This document shows, one piece after another, positions 1 to 12,039 of a DNA stretch of 64,000 nucleotides. Each line of letters begins with the position of its first letter. The first letter of the stretch is position 1. The stretch covers positions 21,702,001 through 21,766,000 of the forward strand of contig NC_086109.1 of NCBI RefSeq assembly GCF_963921235.1, written 5' to 3'. The notes under the pieces are model-generated. The model saw only the letters and a program-made list of their open reading frames with translations. It was not told the DNA's origin and ran no database searches. The translations under genes and the position numbers were made by a program. The DNA is from Mobula hypostoma. Lineage: Eukaryota.

Positions 1-55
1 TATGGATGTTCATTCTTATTTCATTTGTCAAAGACAATGGGAGGCAAAAAAAAAA

Positions 56-300
56 GCTGCTATCTCAAACTCCAGCAATCCAAATTCAACCCCATATGCT
101 GTCTGTGTGGAGTTTGCAAAGACGCACTGCTTTTCTCCCACATCCCAGAGATACGCAGCTCAGCAGGATAAATTACCCCTGTATATTGCAATGGAAGGGG
201 GAGGGGGAGGAGATGGGAATGTGGGAAGATTATGGAGGAATGAGATTGCACTGGGAGAAGGCATAGATTCGGTGAGGTCAAAATGACCTCCCTCAGTGTC
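56..300 (+). mobile_element. Degenerate tRNA-derived SINE (V-SINE-like core)
   Basis: GCTGTCTGTGTGGAGTTTGCA and TCCCACATCCCAGAGA resemble the V-SINE core also seen at 56161 and 56902. Confidence 0.45.
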
Positions 301-1094
301 AAATGGAAATTTGACGTAGGAAAAGAATTTACATTTTTGAAGTGCATGAATGAATAACCTAGAAGTGGATAATGTTGCCATTCACTCAAATCTCTGGAGT
401 GAAAATAACTACTCAAAAATAATTATAAAACATATATTACTTCAACCAAATCATGAGCTATTGAAATAAACAACACTGTCAAGTCAAAACTCCAAGCCCT
501 GGTTTTGTATCCCATACCTTTAAGCTACAAATGCAAGTTTTCAGAGATTTCCACTGCATGAGAAAGTCCATCTACAAAAACTGTATGTTTTTATCAATAC
601 TCAGTTTTACTTTTGTATCAAGAGAATCTGCTTGGGTATAAGATTAAGACCCACTTCTAATATTTTCCTAACCTGATTAAATTCAACCTGGCTACCTACA
701 TGTCTTTATTTCTATTTCTTTGCCATCCTCTCTACCTTCTTGCCTCTTTCTTTCCCTTTATCTCCAACTCTCAGCATAGTTGTATCTATCTGAACCAACC
801 AGTAAGATGTATAGGTTCCTTTGAGCTCAGGCATTTAGACAAAGTGTGGTGAATAACTAGTCCACTGGATGGTTCTAGTCCTGCACTTACCCTCGCTGGC
901 AATCCCTGGCTGTTACCATGGCTCTGACCCTTAGGTCAACAGTTCTAAGGCAATGCCAAGACAGTTTCCACTTGTAGAAATGAGATACTACCAGAAGACT
1001 AATCAAATATCAGAAGGATTGCAGTAGCTGTTATGAAGATCCAACACAACCCCATTGTCTACTCAGTATTCTCCGAACTACCCCTGCAATCTGC

Positions 1095-3062
1095 ATGGTG
1101 CCAGATCAGTGGCATTCAGGTTTGATAACCAAGTAAAATACAAGAGGTCCAGGTCCAGAAAGCCATCTCACAGGTGAAGTGGCAATTCCAGACCAAACTT
1201 GAATCACTGACAGATGCTCAACAGTTGTGGCAGGGCTTGAATACAATCACCTCCTACAAAGTGAAACCAAGCGACATAGGTGACAACAGGGCTTCTGATC
1301 CAGATGAGCTCAATGCCTTTTATGCTCTATTGATCATCAAACATGGAGGCACTTTCACAAGTTCCCACAGCTCCCAATCACCCTGCGATTTCAGGCTTTG
1401 TGGCTGACATGAGTGCATTCTTCAGGCAGGTGAACCCATGGAAAACATCCAGCCCAGACGGGCGACCTGGCCAAGTAATAAAAAACTCTGTTGATCAACC
1501 GGTTATAGTGTTCACCGATGTCTTTAAACTCTCACTTCAACAGTCTGAGGTACCCACCTGCTTCAAACGGGCTTCAATCAAACTGATGCCCAAGAAGAAC
1601 ATGGTAACCAGCCTCAAGACTATTATCTGGTAGCACTTATATCCGCTGTGATGAAGTGTTTTGAGAGGTTGGTGTTGAAACATATCAACTCCTGCTTGAG
1701 AAGCGACTTGGATCCACTCCAATTTGCCAACCCTTACAACAGGTCCACAGCGGATACCATTTCATTGGCTTTTCGCTCAGTCTTGAAATATCTGGACAGC
1801 AAAGATGCATACAACAGGATGGCCTTCATTGACTACAGCTCAGCATTTAATACTATCATCTTCTCAAAACTAATCAATGAGCTTCAAGTCCTAAGCCTTA
1901 CTACCTCCTTGTGCAACTGGATCCTCAATTCCGTTACTTGCAGACTCCAGTCAGTTCGGATTGGCAACAACATCTCCACTATCTTCATCACCACAGGGCT
2001 GTGTGCTTAGCCCCCCACTCCACTCGCTTTATACTTTTGACTGTGTGGCTAAGCATCCTCCAATACCACATTTAAGTTTGCCAATGGCACCACATTTAGG
2101 AGGGAGATTGAAAATCTGGCCGAGTTGGTGCCATATCAACAGCCTCTTACTCGATTTGTCAGCGAGACTAAGGACCTGATTACTGACTTCAGGAGGTCCA
2201 TGAGCCAGTGCTTATAGGGGTATCAGAGGGCTGATCAAAGCCTTGTTGTACAGAGAATCAGCAACTTTCAATTCCTTGGTGTTATCATTTCAGAGGTTCT
2301 GTCCTGGGCCCAGCACATAAGTACAATTACAAAGAAAGCATTGTAGTGCCTCTACTTTCATAGAAGTTTGCAAAGGTTTGGCATGTCACCTAAAACTTTG
2401 GCAAATGCTTATAGCTGTGTGGTGGAGAGTATATTGATTGGTTGCATCACGGCCTGGTATGGAAACACCAATGCTATTTAAATGCCTACAGAAAGTAGTG
2501 GCTACAGCTCGGTCCATTCTGGGTAAAGCACTCCCCATCACTGAGCACATCTGTACAGAGTACTGTTGCAAGAAACCATCATCCATCCTCAAGGTGCGCA
2601 TTCCACCCCCCCCCCCCCCACCACTTCCAGGACATGCTCTCCTCTCACTGCTGCCATCAGGAAGAAGATACAGGAGCCTCAGGACCTGTTATTACCCCTC
2701 AACCATCAGGGTCCTGAACCATAGGGGATAATATCACTCAGCTTCACTCACCCCATCACTAAACTGTTTCCATAACTTATGGAGTTATCTTCAATGACTC
2801 TTCATCTCATGCTCTTAATATTTATTGCTTATTTATTGTTATTATTATTGTTAATATTATTTCTTTTTTCTCTTTCTTTTTGTATTTGCATAATTTTTGT
2901 TCACATTAATTGTTGCCTATCCTATTCGGTGTGATCTTTCATTGATTCTATCGTGTTTCATGTATTTACAATGAATGCCTGCAAGAAAATGAATCTCAGG
3001 GTTGTATATGATTATGTATATGTACAGTACTTTAATTATAAACTTTCTTTGAAAGTTGAACA
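1095..3062 (+). mobile_element. Rex1/Babar-clade LINE, degenerate RT plus 3' tail
   Basis: Frameshifted RT pieces: PTCFKRASI..MPKK, MKCFERLV..HI, LDPLQFA, FIDYSSAFNTI, PQGCVLSP, LLPSGRRYRSL. Tail ATGAATCTCAGGGTTGTATATG is shared with other copies. Confidence 0.85.
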
Positions 3063-3281
3063 TTGAACCCTAAATTAGGCCTCATGGATCCAACATCTGA
3101 TGAGATACGGGAAAAAGAGCTCAGGGGTGCAGTCCTAAGGATCATGGACCCAGGGCCCACATTGGGCTCAGTCTGGTCCTTTGGGCTGGAGACCAGATCG
3201 AGATCCATATCCAGCTCTGGACTCCTTTGTGGTGGGAACAAATCCATCACAATAAAAGGGGCACAGACAGTTACATGTACT

Positions 3282-3870
3282 ACACTGGAATACAGCACTG
3301 ATGGGTAGAGATCTATTGCTGTTTAACACTGGTATACAGTAGTCATAGGCAATGTTCAGTCACTGTGTTATGGGTATGGTCCTCATGATATGTTGCTGTG
3401 TAACATTAGGGTACAGTACTGGTGCATGTATTCTACCAATATATAACACGGGATATAGTACCGGTAGTCAGCAATCTGTTATGCAGGGATATAGTACTTT
3501 GTGTGTGAAGCTCAGATCGGGGAACAGCATGGATGAACACAGGTCTGACACTGATATACAGTACTGCTGGAAAGAGGTCTGTCATGATACGCTGGAACGC
3601 AGTATTCCTGGGCACAAATCTGCTGCTGTGTGATACTGGAGTACAATACTCATGTGCATAGTGTCTAGGTGGCATGTAAAACAAATATTTTTAATTTAAT
3701 CATCGTACGTGTGACAATAATAAACCAGCTAGCCATATAGCACCATTTCACAAGGGGTTACATTACTTGGACAAATTCTTTCACGACTTAACATTGGGGC
3801 ACAGATCTATCATCATTTAACATTAGGGTACAGTACTTGGACACTATTTACATTGGGGTAGAGTGCTGAC
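3282..3870. repeat. Degenerate ~44-bp minisatellite (ACACTGGGGTACAGTAC-like units)
   Basis: Recurring ACACTGGAATACAGCAC / ACACTGGTATACAGTAG / ACATTAGGGTACAGTAC / ACACGGGATATAGTAC at roughly 43-45 bp spacing; a second block lies at 3788-3870. Confidence 0.55.
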
Positions 3871-4784
3871 TGCTGTGAGTTTGGCAAGTAGAAAGAAGCA
3901 CCAGTGATATCATCAGTGAAGTATATAGGTAATTGCAAGAGAGAGTGAAATCTGTGGCAGCTGTGTCCTTAAAGTGAATGAAAATCAAATGCATCCAGTT
4001 ATACAATGTCAAAATAAGATGTATTGTTTGCATGTGGCCTTCAGAGGTTGTTTGGGTAGTATATGTGACCCTTTCCAAAATGGCTGTGCATGATCTCTCT
4101 ATTAATTTTTTTAAAAAGCTGTTGATACAGTATATACCTCAATCTTTTCAGTAGACAATTTGGACTCTGACTCATAACTTCCCTTACAATTTTGCACTTT
4201 CTCCCTCAGTGCCTTCTCTCCATCTACCTTTCTCTTAATTGCCATTTTTCTCTTCCAATCACTCTCAAATTTATTCCCAATTCCTGTTCGTCTCTCTAGA
4301 GCCTGCTGGTGCTCTCTCTTTCATCATCCTGTTGCATCAACCTGTCATGTCGATAGGCATCATATGTATCCTTGAATCTTTATCCGCAGTCTCATCTTAC
4401 TGATGCACATCTCAGGAACTCTTTGCATTTCTCTCCCTTTTCCTTTCCTTCTAATAAAAATGTGGTGCCTCCTGTTTGTTCAGTTGTGCCTTTGTCAGTT
4501 TTCCCTGCGAATCAATCTATTCAGGGATCAATACCTTTATTAATATAACCATGTGTATATAATATTTGGAATGAAAGGTTTATGAATGAGCCAATATGTA
4601 ATGTGTTTACTGCTTTATGGACGATCCATAAAACAGTAAGCAGATCCAATCAGTCTTTATTGTTAGAAATCTTGGAAGCCTTAACGGTATAGCTAAAGAT
4701 GGAGAACAAATTCACATAGGTAAAGACAGAGACTGACTTCATTTGGTCATAAGCCCTGAAAATGAGTAGGGATATGTTGTGGCT

Positions 4785-5195
4785 TTAGAGTGGCCAGCAT
4801 GACACTGATGCTTAGGGTTAAATTGTAAAAGAATGTATAACCTTCTTTGTATTCCCTCGAGTTTCAAAGGCTAAGAGGAGATCTGGTAGTCTTATATTAA
4901 TTATTAAGGGGCCTGAATGAATAGATGCATTATTTCCTCTCTTGAGGGAGAATCCAGAACAAGGGAACACCATTGTAAAAGTACAGCCAGGCTGTTAGGA
5001 GTTAAGCTAAAAGCACTTTCTCACAAAGTCTGCAACTCTCTCCCGGCAAGCTTTCAAGCCTGGAATCGATTGATTATGGGCATCAAGGGATATGAAGCAA
5101 AGGTAGGAAAGTGGAGCTAAGGCAAAAGCCAGACTTGATTGAATGGAATTGCAGAACAAGTTCATGAGACAGAATGGCCGATTCCTCCCCCTATG
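4785..5195 (+). mobile_element. Old CR1 LINE 3' fragment
   Basis: GESRTREH and GIKGYEAKVGKWS match the CR1 ORF2 C-terminus seen intact at 48669-49862. Confidence 0.6.
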
Positions 5196-5294
5196 ATCAG
5201 GGTCATCAGACGTATAATGGGGTGAGATGTTTAGTTCATCACGTCTCTAAAGATATCCTCATGAGTGTTTGAATAGAACAGCTGAACTGTGTGG

Positions 5295-5630
5295 TTTTTG
5301 AGGATGCAAAGAATATCATGGACGAAACAAATATCTAACGAGGATGTCATGAACAGAGCAAACACAGAAAGAGAAATAATGTTTGAGATCATGAAAAGGC
5401 AACATAGCTTCATTGGACATGTGATTAGGAAAGAGGAGTTAGAATGCACGGTGATTTTGGGAAAGATTGAAGGGAAGAAAGCAAGGGGAAGACAAAGACA
5501 AATGATGATGGAGACAGCAGCCAGAGAATTGGAAATAAACACCAATGAATTGATCCACTTGACCCGAAACAGGAGTGTGTGGCCCATGGCAGTCAAAGCT
5601 CAAACTGGGCACGGCACCTGATGATGATGA
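5295..5630 (+). mobile_element. RTE-clade LINE 3' fragment with (TGA)n tail and 12-bp TSD
   Basis: RISWT..ISNEDV, FIGHVIRK and GKIEGKKARGRQR are typical RTE C-terminal motifs. TSD TGAACTGTGTGG at 5283-5294 and 5631-5642. Confidence 0.85.
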
Positions 5631-5967
5631 TGAACTGTGTGGAAATGTTTATTAGGTCAGTCAGCATTTGTGGTAAGAATAAAAATGCAGTATCGCAGAT
5701 TGGTGATCCTTTATCCAAACTGGAAAAGGTTAGAGTTTAACAAGGGGAGAGAAAGTAGTTTCTCTATGACGAAAGTGTATGTCAGGAGAGGTTAAATAAT
5801 CAAAGGTGTAAAGGAGATACAGAACTCCGGATCATGCCTGCATTCTGAATGGGGTTGTGTTAATCAGCTAAGCTGTGGATCAAGTGGTGGTACATATCCT
5901 CATCTACGTGATACTGTGTAACATTGTGATGGCATGTAATATGCAAGTTATTTTATCTGTTTATTTT

Positions 5968-6140
5968 TATTTACAGGTACAGCACGATAACAGGTCCTTC
6001 CAGCCCAAAGAGCCATCGTTGCGCACTCACGGAAATGTGACCAATTAACTGACCAGCCCGTACATCTTTGTGATGTGGGAGTAAACCAGAGGCAGCCAAC
6101 GTGGTCACAGGGAGGACATACAAACTCCTTATAGACAGCA
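5968..6140 (-). mobile_element. V-SINE-like tRNA SINE (partial)
   Basis: Reverse complement of the core: GTGGTCACAGGGAGGACATACAAACTCCTT on +. Confidence 0.65.
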
Positions 6141-6509
6141 GTGTCTTGCAGAACAGGAACAGGCTATTTGGTTCACTGAATTCACTGAGATTTAATTTCA
6201 TGTTCGGCCCATTTTATTCTCCCCACATTTAAATTTTTACTCATTAGAGGTACAGCACAGAATAGGCTCTTCGAGCCGCACCATCCAGCAACCCCCGACA
6301 ATCCCCAATTTGACCCCAATCTAATCATTTTCTTCATCTGCCCAAGATTTTACCACATACCTGCACTCGAGAGGTAATTTATTGTAACAATTAACCTGCC
6401 AACCTGGGATGAGGAAGGGGCAACATCCCTTCTGACTAAAACCTTCTGGGCACTGTATTGAATTTGTCAGCTCACTGCCGCTGTCTGTATCAGAACTGGC
6501 TTTTCTGTT

Positions 6510-6870
6510 GCAACACACAGAAAATGCTGAGGGAACTCAGCAGGTCAGGCAGCATCTATGGAGGGGAGTAAACAGTCGATGTTTCAGTCCGAAACCCTTC
6601 ATCAGGACTGGAAAGGAATGAGGTAGAAGCCAGAATAAGAAGAATGGGGGAGGAGAAGAAGGAGTATGCGTCGGTAGGTGATAGGCGAGACCAGCAGAGG
6701 GGAAAGGTGGGTGGGTGGGTGGGGCAGAGGGTATAATGTAAGAAGCTGGAAGGTAATAGGTGGAAGAGATAAGAAGCCGAAGAAGAAAGAACCTGATAGG
6801 AGAGGACAATGGACCATGGAAGAAAGCGAAGGAGGAGGGGCACCAGAGGGAGGTGATGGGCAGGACTGGC
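6510..6870 (-). mobile_element. Penelope-like element 3' terminus with hammerhead motif
   Basis: Same tail as 50566-51134. Minus strand 6610-6573 reads CAGTC CTGATGA AGGGTTTCGGACT GAAAC ATC GACTG. Confidence 0.75.
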
Positions 6871-6929
6871 TGAGAGTCATCCATCTGTGAGCTGTTTCAG
6901 TCTCTCTCTCTCTCTCTCTCTCTCCATTA

Positions 6930-7040
6930 GCACCTGGGAGAAACCAGTGCAGTCACAGGGAGAACGTGCAAACTTCACACAGGCAGCAACAGAGATCGGG
7001 ATTGAACCTTGGCCATTGGAGCTTTGAGGAAGCAGCTGTG
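6930..7040 (-). mobile_element. V-SINE-like tRNA SINE head/core
   Basis: GCAGTCACAGGGAGAACGTGCAAACTTCACACAG and GGGATTGAACC (box B, reverse). Confidence 0.6.
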
Positions 7041-7087
7041 TATCCAGTGTGCACAGCCACATATTAATATTAAATGGAGTAATTCAT

Positions 7088-8275
7088 ATCAGAATCATAA
7101 TCAGGTTTAATATCACCAGCATTTGTCATGAAATTTATTGTCTTTGCGATAGCTGTACAATGTAATACATAATAAATCAGGAATTACAGTAAATATATAC
7201 AATAATATATAAAATATTAATATATTATGTATTAATTATATACATAATATATTAATATTTTATAAATATAATTATAGTGTAATTATATATTATTATATAG
7301 TTGAATTAAATGAATACTGTAGTGCAAGAATAAAAATTACATAAAGTAGTGAGGTCATGTTTAAGGGTTCAATGTCCGTTCAGAAATTGGATGGCAGAGG
7401 GGACAAAACTGTTCCTGAATCACTGAGTGTGTGCCTTCAGGTTTCTGTACCTCCTTCCTGATGGCAGCAATGAGAACAAGGGATGTCCTGGGTGATGGGG
7501 GTCCTTAATGATGGATGCCACCTTCTTGAGGCACTGCTCCTTGAAGATGTCCCGGATACTATGAAGGCTGGTGCCCATGATGGAGCTGACTGAGGTTACA
7601 ACTCTCTGCAGCTTATTTTGATCCTGTGGAGTAGCTCCCCACCCCACCAAACCAGACAGTGGTGCAGCCAGTTAGAATGCTCTTCACGGTACTTCTGTGG
7701 AAATTTGCGAGTGTCTTTGCTGACAAACCAAATCTCCTCAAACTCCTAATGAAATATAGTCGCTGTCATACCTTCTTTGTAGCTGCATCGATATGTTGGA
7801 CACAGGATAGATCCTCACAGATACTGACACCCGGAAATTTGAAATTGCTCACTCTTTCCCTCTAAGAGAACTAGTGTGTGTTCCCTCATCTTAAACTTTC
7901 TGAAATCCACAACCAGTTATTTTGGTCTTTCTGATGTTGAGTGCAAGATTGTTGCTGTGACACCATGCAACCAGCCGATACGTCTCGCTCCTGTACACCC
8001 TCTCGTCACCATCTGAAATTCTGCCAACAATAGTTGTGTCATCAGCAAATTTATAGATGTCATTTGAGCTGTGTTTAGCCACTCAGTCATGGGTGTGGAG
8101 AGGGTAGAGCAGTGGGCTAAGCTCACATCCCTGAGGTGCACCAGTGCTGATCGTCAGCAAGGTGGAGATGTTATTTCTGATCCACACAGATTGTGGTCTT
8201 CCAGTTAGGAAGTCATGGATCCATTTGCAGAGGAAGATACAGATGCTCAGGTTTTGAGCTTTTCAATCAGAACTG
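7088..8275 (-). mobile_element. Rex1/Babar LINE 3' fragment
   Basis: YKFADDTTIVGRI, WCHSNNLALN and HPGHPLFSLLPSGRRYR on the minus strand; AT-rich low-complexity tract in the tail at 7190-7300. Confidence 0.85.
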
Positions 8276-8454
8276 TGCCTTAAACTTTGAATCTGGTGAG
8301 TTAAATTAAAGGCCCTAAAGGATAAAAAAAGGCAAATAACCAACAATGATTAACTGCAGCAGATGTCTATCAGGATGCACCCAGATAGGTGATTCAGGGA
8401 TGATATGAATGGTCCAATCTGTTCCATAATTTATTTCATTTAATTTTTTACTTA

Positions 8455-8690
8455 TTTCGAGGTACAGCTTCGTAACAACCGTAGGGGCCCAATGTACCTG
8501 CACCCTCCAGTACACCCATATTACCAATTAACCTACTAACCTGTACAGCTTTGGACGTGGGAGAAAATCACAACACCCAGAGGAAACCCATGCAGTCACA
8601 GGGAAAGCATACAAATTCCCTGCAGACAGTGGGCAGATTTGAACCCAGGTCACTGGCATTCACTAACCTCTGCACTACCATGCTGCCCTA
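8455..8690 (-). mobile_element. V-SINE-like tRNA SINE
   Basis: CACCCAGAGGAAACCCATGCAGTCACAGGG...TTTGAACCCAGGTC...GCACTACCATGCTGCCC (reverse of box B/box A head). Confidence 0.7.
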
Positions 8691-9011
8691 ATTAGCATAT
8701 GTTTGCCATGCCCATTATCTCTCCCGTGATCTCCCAAATCATTTTCAGCCCTGTTCAGGCAGAAATTCACGGTGGATTACCCACCTCAGCTTCTTCATGA
8801 GGCCCCACTGTCACAAATGCTGGTCTTTGGCCAATTTGATTCGCCCCGCATAATATCAATAAATGCTGAATGCAACAAAGGCGTCAAAACCAGACGGTAA
8901 TCAACCTGCAGTGCTGAAGACCTGCACATGTAGACAAATGAATGAAGCATCGTTCCCGAAGGCCAAGGTGCAAAGCACAGTACATATGGTTACACACAGC
9001 ACATATACAGT

Positions 9012-9144
9012 AGACGCGAGGAAGTCTGCAGATGCTGGAATTTCAAGCAACACACACAAAAACTGCTGGTGAACGCAGCAGGCCAGGCAGCATCTATAGG
9101 AAGAGGTACAGTCGACGTTTCGGGCCGGGACCCTTCGTCAGGAC
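9012..9144 (-). mobile_element. Short PLE-terminus insertion starting at the hammerhead
   Basis: PLE tail sequence flanked by ACAGTAG at 9007-9013 and 9143-9149. Confidence 0.75.
9109..9144 (-). ncRNA. Minimal type I hammerhead ribozyme motif
   Basis: Minus strand GTC CTGACGA AGGG TCCCGG CCC GAAAC GTC GAC: intact CUGANGA/GAAA core, GGG/CCC helix II, GUC triplet. Confidence 0.7.
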
Positions 9145-9157
9145 AGTAGTTATGATT

Positions 9158-10140
9158 CAAAGTTCAAAGTAAATTTATTATCAAAGTATATATATATGTC
9201 ACCATATACAACCCTGAGATTCATTTTCTTGTGGGCATATTCAATAAACCCACGATAGAATTATAACCGTAATAGGATCGATGAAAGGTCAAACCAATTT
9301 GGGCATTTAATCAGTGTGCAAAAGACAAGAAACTGCTCAAATACAAAAATAAAGGTGTAATAATAAATAAAAAATAAGCAGTAAATATCAAGAACATGAG
9401 ATGAAGAATCTTTGAAAGTGTCCATAGGTTGTGGGAACATTTGAATGATGGGGCAAGGGAAGTAGAGTGAAGGGTCTTTGGTTTAAGAGCCTGATGGTTG
9501 AAGGGTAATAAATGTTTGTGTACCTTCTTCTGGATGGCAGCAGTGAGAAGAGAGCATGTCCTGTGTGGTGGGGGCCCTGATGATGAATGCTGCTTTCCTG
9601 TGTCTCATGTAGGTGTGCTCAATGGTGGGGAGGACTTTACAAGTGATGGACTGGGCTGCATCCACTACTTTTTGTAGGATTTTCTGTCCAAGGGCATTGG
9701 TGTTTCCACACTCGGCTGTGATGCAGCCAGTCAATATACTCTCCACTACACATCTACAGAAGCTTATCAAAGTATTAGATGTCATACTAAATATTTACAA
9801 ACTCTTCAGAAAGTGGAGGTGCTGCCAAGCTTTCTTTGTAATTGCATTTATGTGCTGGGCCCAGGACATGTCCTCTGAAATAATAACGCTGGCCCTCTCC
9901 ACATCCGCTTCTCCAATGAAGACTAGCTCATGGACCTTTAATTTCTTCCTCCTGAAGTCTATAATCAGCTGCTTGGACTTGCTGACACTGAGTAAGAGGT
10001 TGTTGTTATGGTACCACCCAGCCAGAGTTTCAATCTCCCTCCTATATGCTGATTAGTCTCCACCTTCGGTGTCGTCAGAAAACTGGACGATGGCATTGGG
10101 GCTGTGTTTAGCCGCACGGTCATGAGCGTAAAGCGAACGG
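9158..10140 (-). mobile_element. Rex1/Babar LINE 3' fragment
   Basis: RCVVESILTGCITA, LQKVVDAAQSIT and LPTIEH; tail TTCAAAGTTCAAAGTAAATTTATTATCAAAG on +. Confidence 0.85.
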
Positions 10141-10346
10141 AGCAGCTCATACAGTCACAAAATCATACTACCGTAAGTCCCTAGGTGGCTTAGCCTGAAG
10201 ATTGACAGGTTGACATACTGTAAAGTGCAGGCCGCTTGTTTATGTGAGACAGTATAATGTTACTGCCACTGCTGTAATAAAACAAGCAGTCGTAGAACAG
10301 CAGAAACAAAAGATGAAAAGTGACCAGTGCAGGATGAAAATGAGTT

Positions 10347-10787
10347 GGGAGGGGTGGGGCAGGGGGCAGCAGGAGGGGCAGGGCGGAGGGAATGGGAGGG
10401 GCAGGGGGAGCGGGAGGGGCAGGGTGGGGGGCAGCGGGAGTGGCAGGGCGGGGGGCAGCAGGAGGGGCAGGGCGGGGGGAGCGGAAGGGGCAGGGCGGGG
10501 GGAATGGGAGTGGCAGGGTGGCGGGAGCGGGAGGGGCAGGGCGGGGGGGAACAGGAGGAGCAGGGCGGGGGAGTGGCAGGGCAGGGGGGAACGGGAGGGG
10601 CAGGGGGAGCGTGAGGGGCAGGGTGGGGGGAGCAGGAAGGGCAGGGGGGAGTGGGAGGGCCAGGGCGGGGGGAACAGGAAGGGCAGGGGGAGCAGAAGGG
10701 GCAGGGCGGGGGGAACGGGAGTGGCAGGGTGGGGGGAGTGGGAGGGGCAGGGCGGGGGGGAACAGGAGAGGCAGGGTGGGGGGGCAG
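10347..10787 (+). repeat. G-rich minisatellite (~22-25 bp units such as GGGGGAGCAGGAGGGGCAGGGC)
   Basis: Directly visible tandem GGCAGGG-containing units. Confidence 0.9.
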
Positions 10788-10789
10788 AG

Positions 10790-11005
10790 TGTACATGTGT
10801 GCTGGGTGGCAGCAGGATGTTAAGAAGTCTAACAGCCTGGGGGATAAAGCTGTTACCCAGCCTGACAGCTCTGGCTCTTATGATGCGGGTGCAGTATCTT
10901 CTGCCAGACGGCAGGAGGTCAAAGACATCGTGGGAAGGATAGAAAGGATCTTTGAAATGCTGAGTGCACTGTGTATACAACGCTTCTGATACATGTCCTG
11001 AATCA
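10790..11005 (-). mobile_element. Rex1/Babar LINE 3' fragment
   Basis: FDLLPSGRRY...RLGNSFIPQAVRLLN on the minus strand. Confidence 0.75.
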
Positions 11006-11007
11006 GA

Positions 11008-11107
11008 GGAAGACCATGATGTTAAACCTCTAGACATACTCCAGTAAATTTACAATCGGAAGGAGACCATGATGTTAAATCTCCAGACATACTCCAGTAA
11101 ATTTACA
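11008..11107. repeat. Tandem duplication, ~53-bp unit x2
   Basis: AGACCATGATGTTAAA.CTC.AGACATACTCCAGTAAATTTACAA occurs twice. Confidence 0.85.
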
Positions 11108-11373
11108 ACACTGGCAAACCATATGAAATATTGCTCAGGTGCATCCCATTCACAAAAAGAAAGGATAAGTGTGTTCTAGTTAATTATTTCCTAATCGCTT
11201 TACTTTCGATTATCAATGAAGTGACGGAAAGGGTTGTTGACAGTGTTGTCACTAATGCTCAGTTTGAGTTTTGTCAAAGCTCCAGACCTCATCACAGCCT
11301 CCATCCTAACATAAACTGAGAGCTAAATTTTAGAGTAGCACCTCATCATGTGTGATATTAGGACACCATGATG

Positions 11374-11725
11374 GGCCAGAGGGTGGCACAGTGACACTGG
11401 TGCCGAACCTGGGAGGGGAGGTTCCCGGGTTTGAAACCCGTCAGGTCTGCTCCCGAGTACGCTTTCCATCCGTGCCAGGTTGAGTGTCGAGATCGCAACT
11501 CGGCCTTGTAAAATAAAGGGGAAAATACTGCAAAAATATCTGTGTGTAAGGAGTGGCGTGCCACACAGTGTGTGTGTGTGTATGTGTGTGTGTCTCTGTC
11601 TCTCTCTCTCTCTCTCTTGTAAAAGCCATGAAAAAGACATCATCACGGACGCACGCATGGACGGACACACACGCAGACGCACACGCAAAGACTCGCACGC
11701 ATGCAGGCACATGCCAAAAAAAAAA
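11374..11725 (+). mobile_element. tRNA-derived SINE, full length with TSD
   Basis: Box A GGTGGCACAGTG, box B GGTTTGAAACCC, A-tail; TSD GACACCATG at 11362-11370 and 11726-11734; internal (TG)n(TC)n at 11568-11616. Confidence 0.7.
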
Positions 11726-11930
11726 GACACCATGGTAATGCAGAAGTCAACAATTGTGTGGAGGCAAATCCAATTTTTATCGTCATAACTCACACAAAGG
11801 AAGGTGGCTGTATTTGTCAATCTTCCCAGTTAAATGACATCACTACACAGCAGTGTTCTCTTCTCATTCATCCTCAAGTGCTTCATCAATGAGTTTCCTT
11901 CTATAATTGGACCAAATACAGAACATTCAG

Positions 11931-12039
11931 ATATATAGAGCAACACACAAAATGCTGGAGAAACACAGTAGGTCAGGCAGCATCTATAGAGGGGAAGAAA
12001 CAATCAATGTTTCGGGACAAGACCCTTTATCAGCACCCG
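11931..12039 (-). mobile_element. Short PLE-terminus insertion (degenerate hammerhead)
   Basis: PLE tail ending at CTGATAA AGGG..CCC GAAAC (minus); TSD ACATTCAG at 11923-11930 and 12040-12047. Confidence 0.7.

Noticed and set aside
10240..11037. Long Pro-rich and Gly-rich ORFs (up to 265 aa)
   Set aside because: Translations of the G-rich minisatellite plus a Rex1 fragment; open in many frames on both strands
11374..11450. tRNA gene (also 51800 and 56161)
   Set aside because: Box A/B are present but continue into SINE bodies; no full cloverleaf could be built
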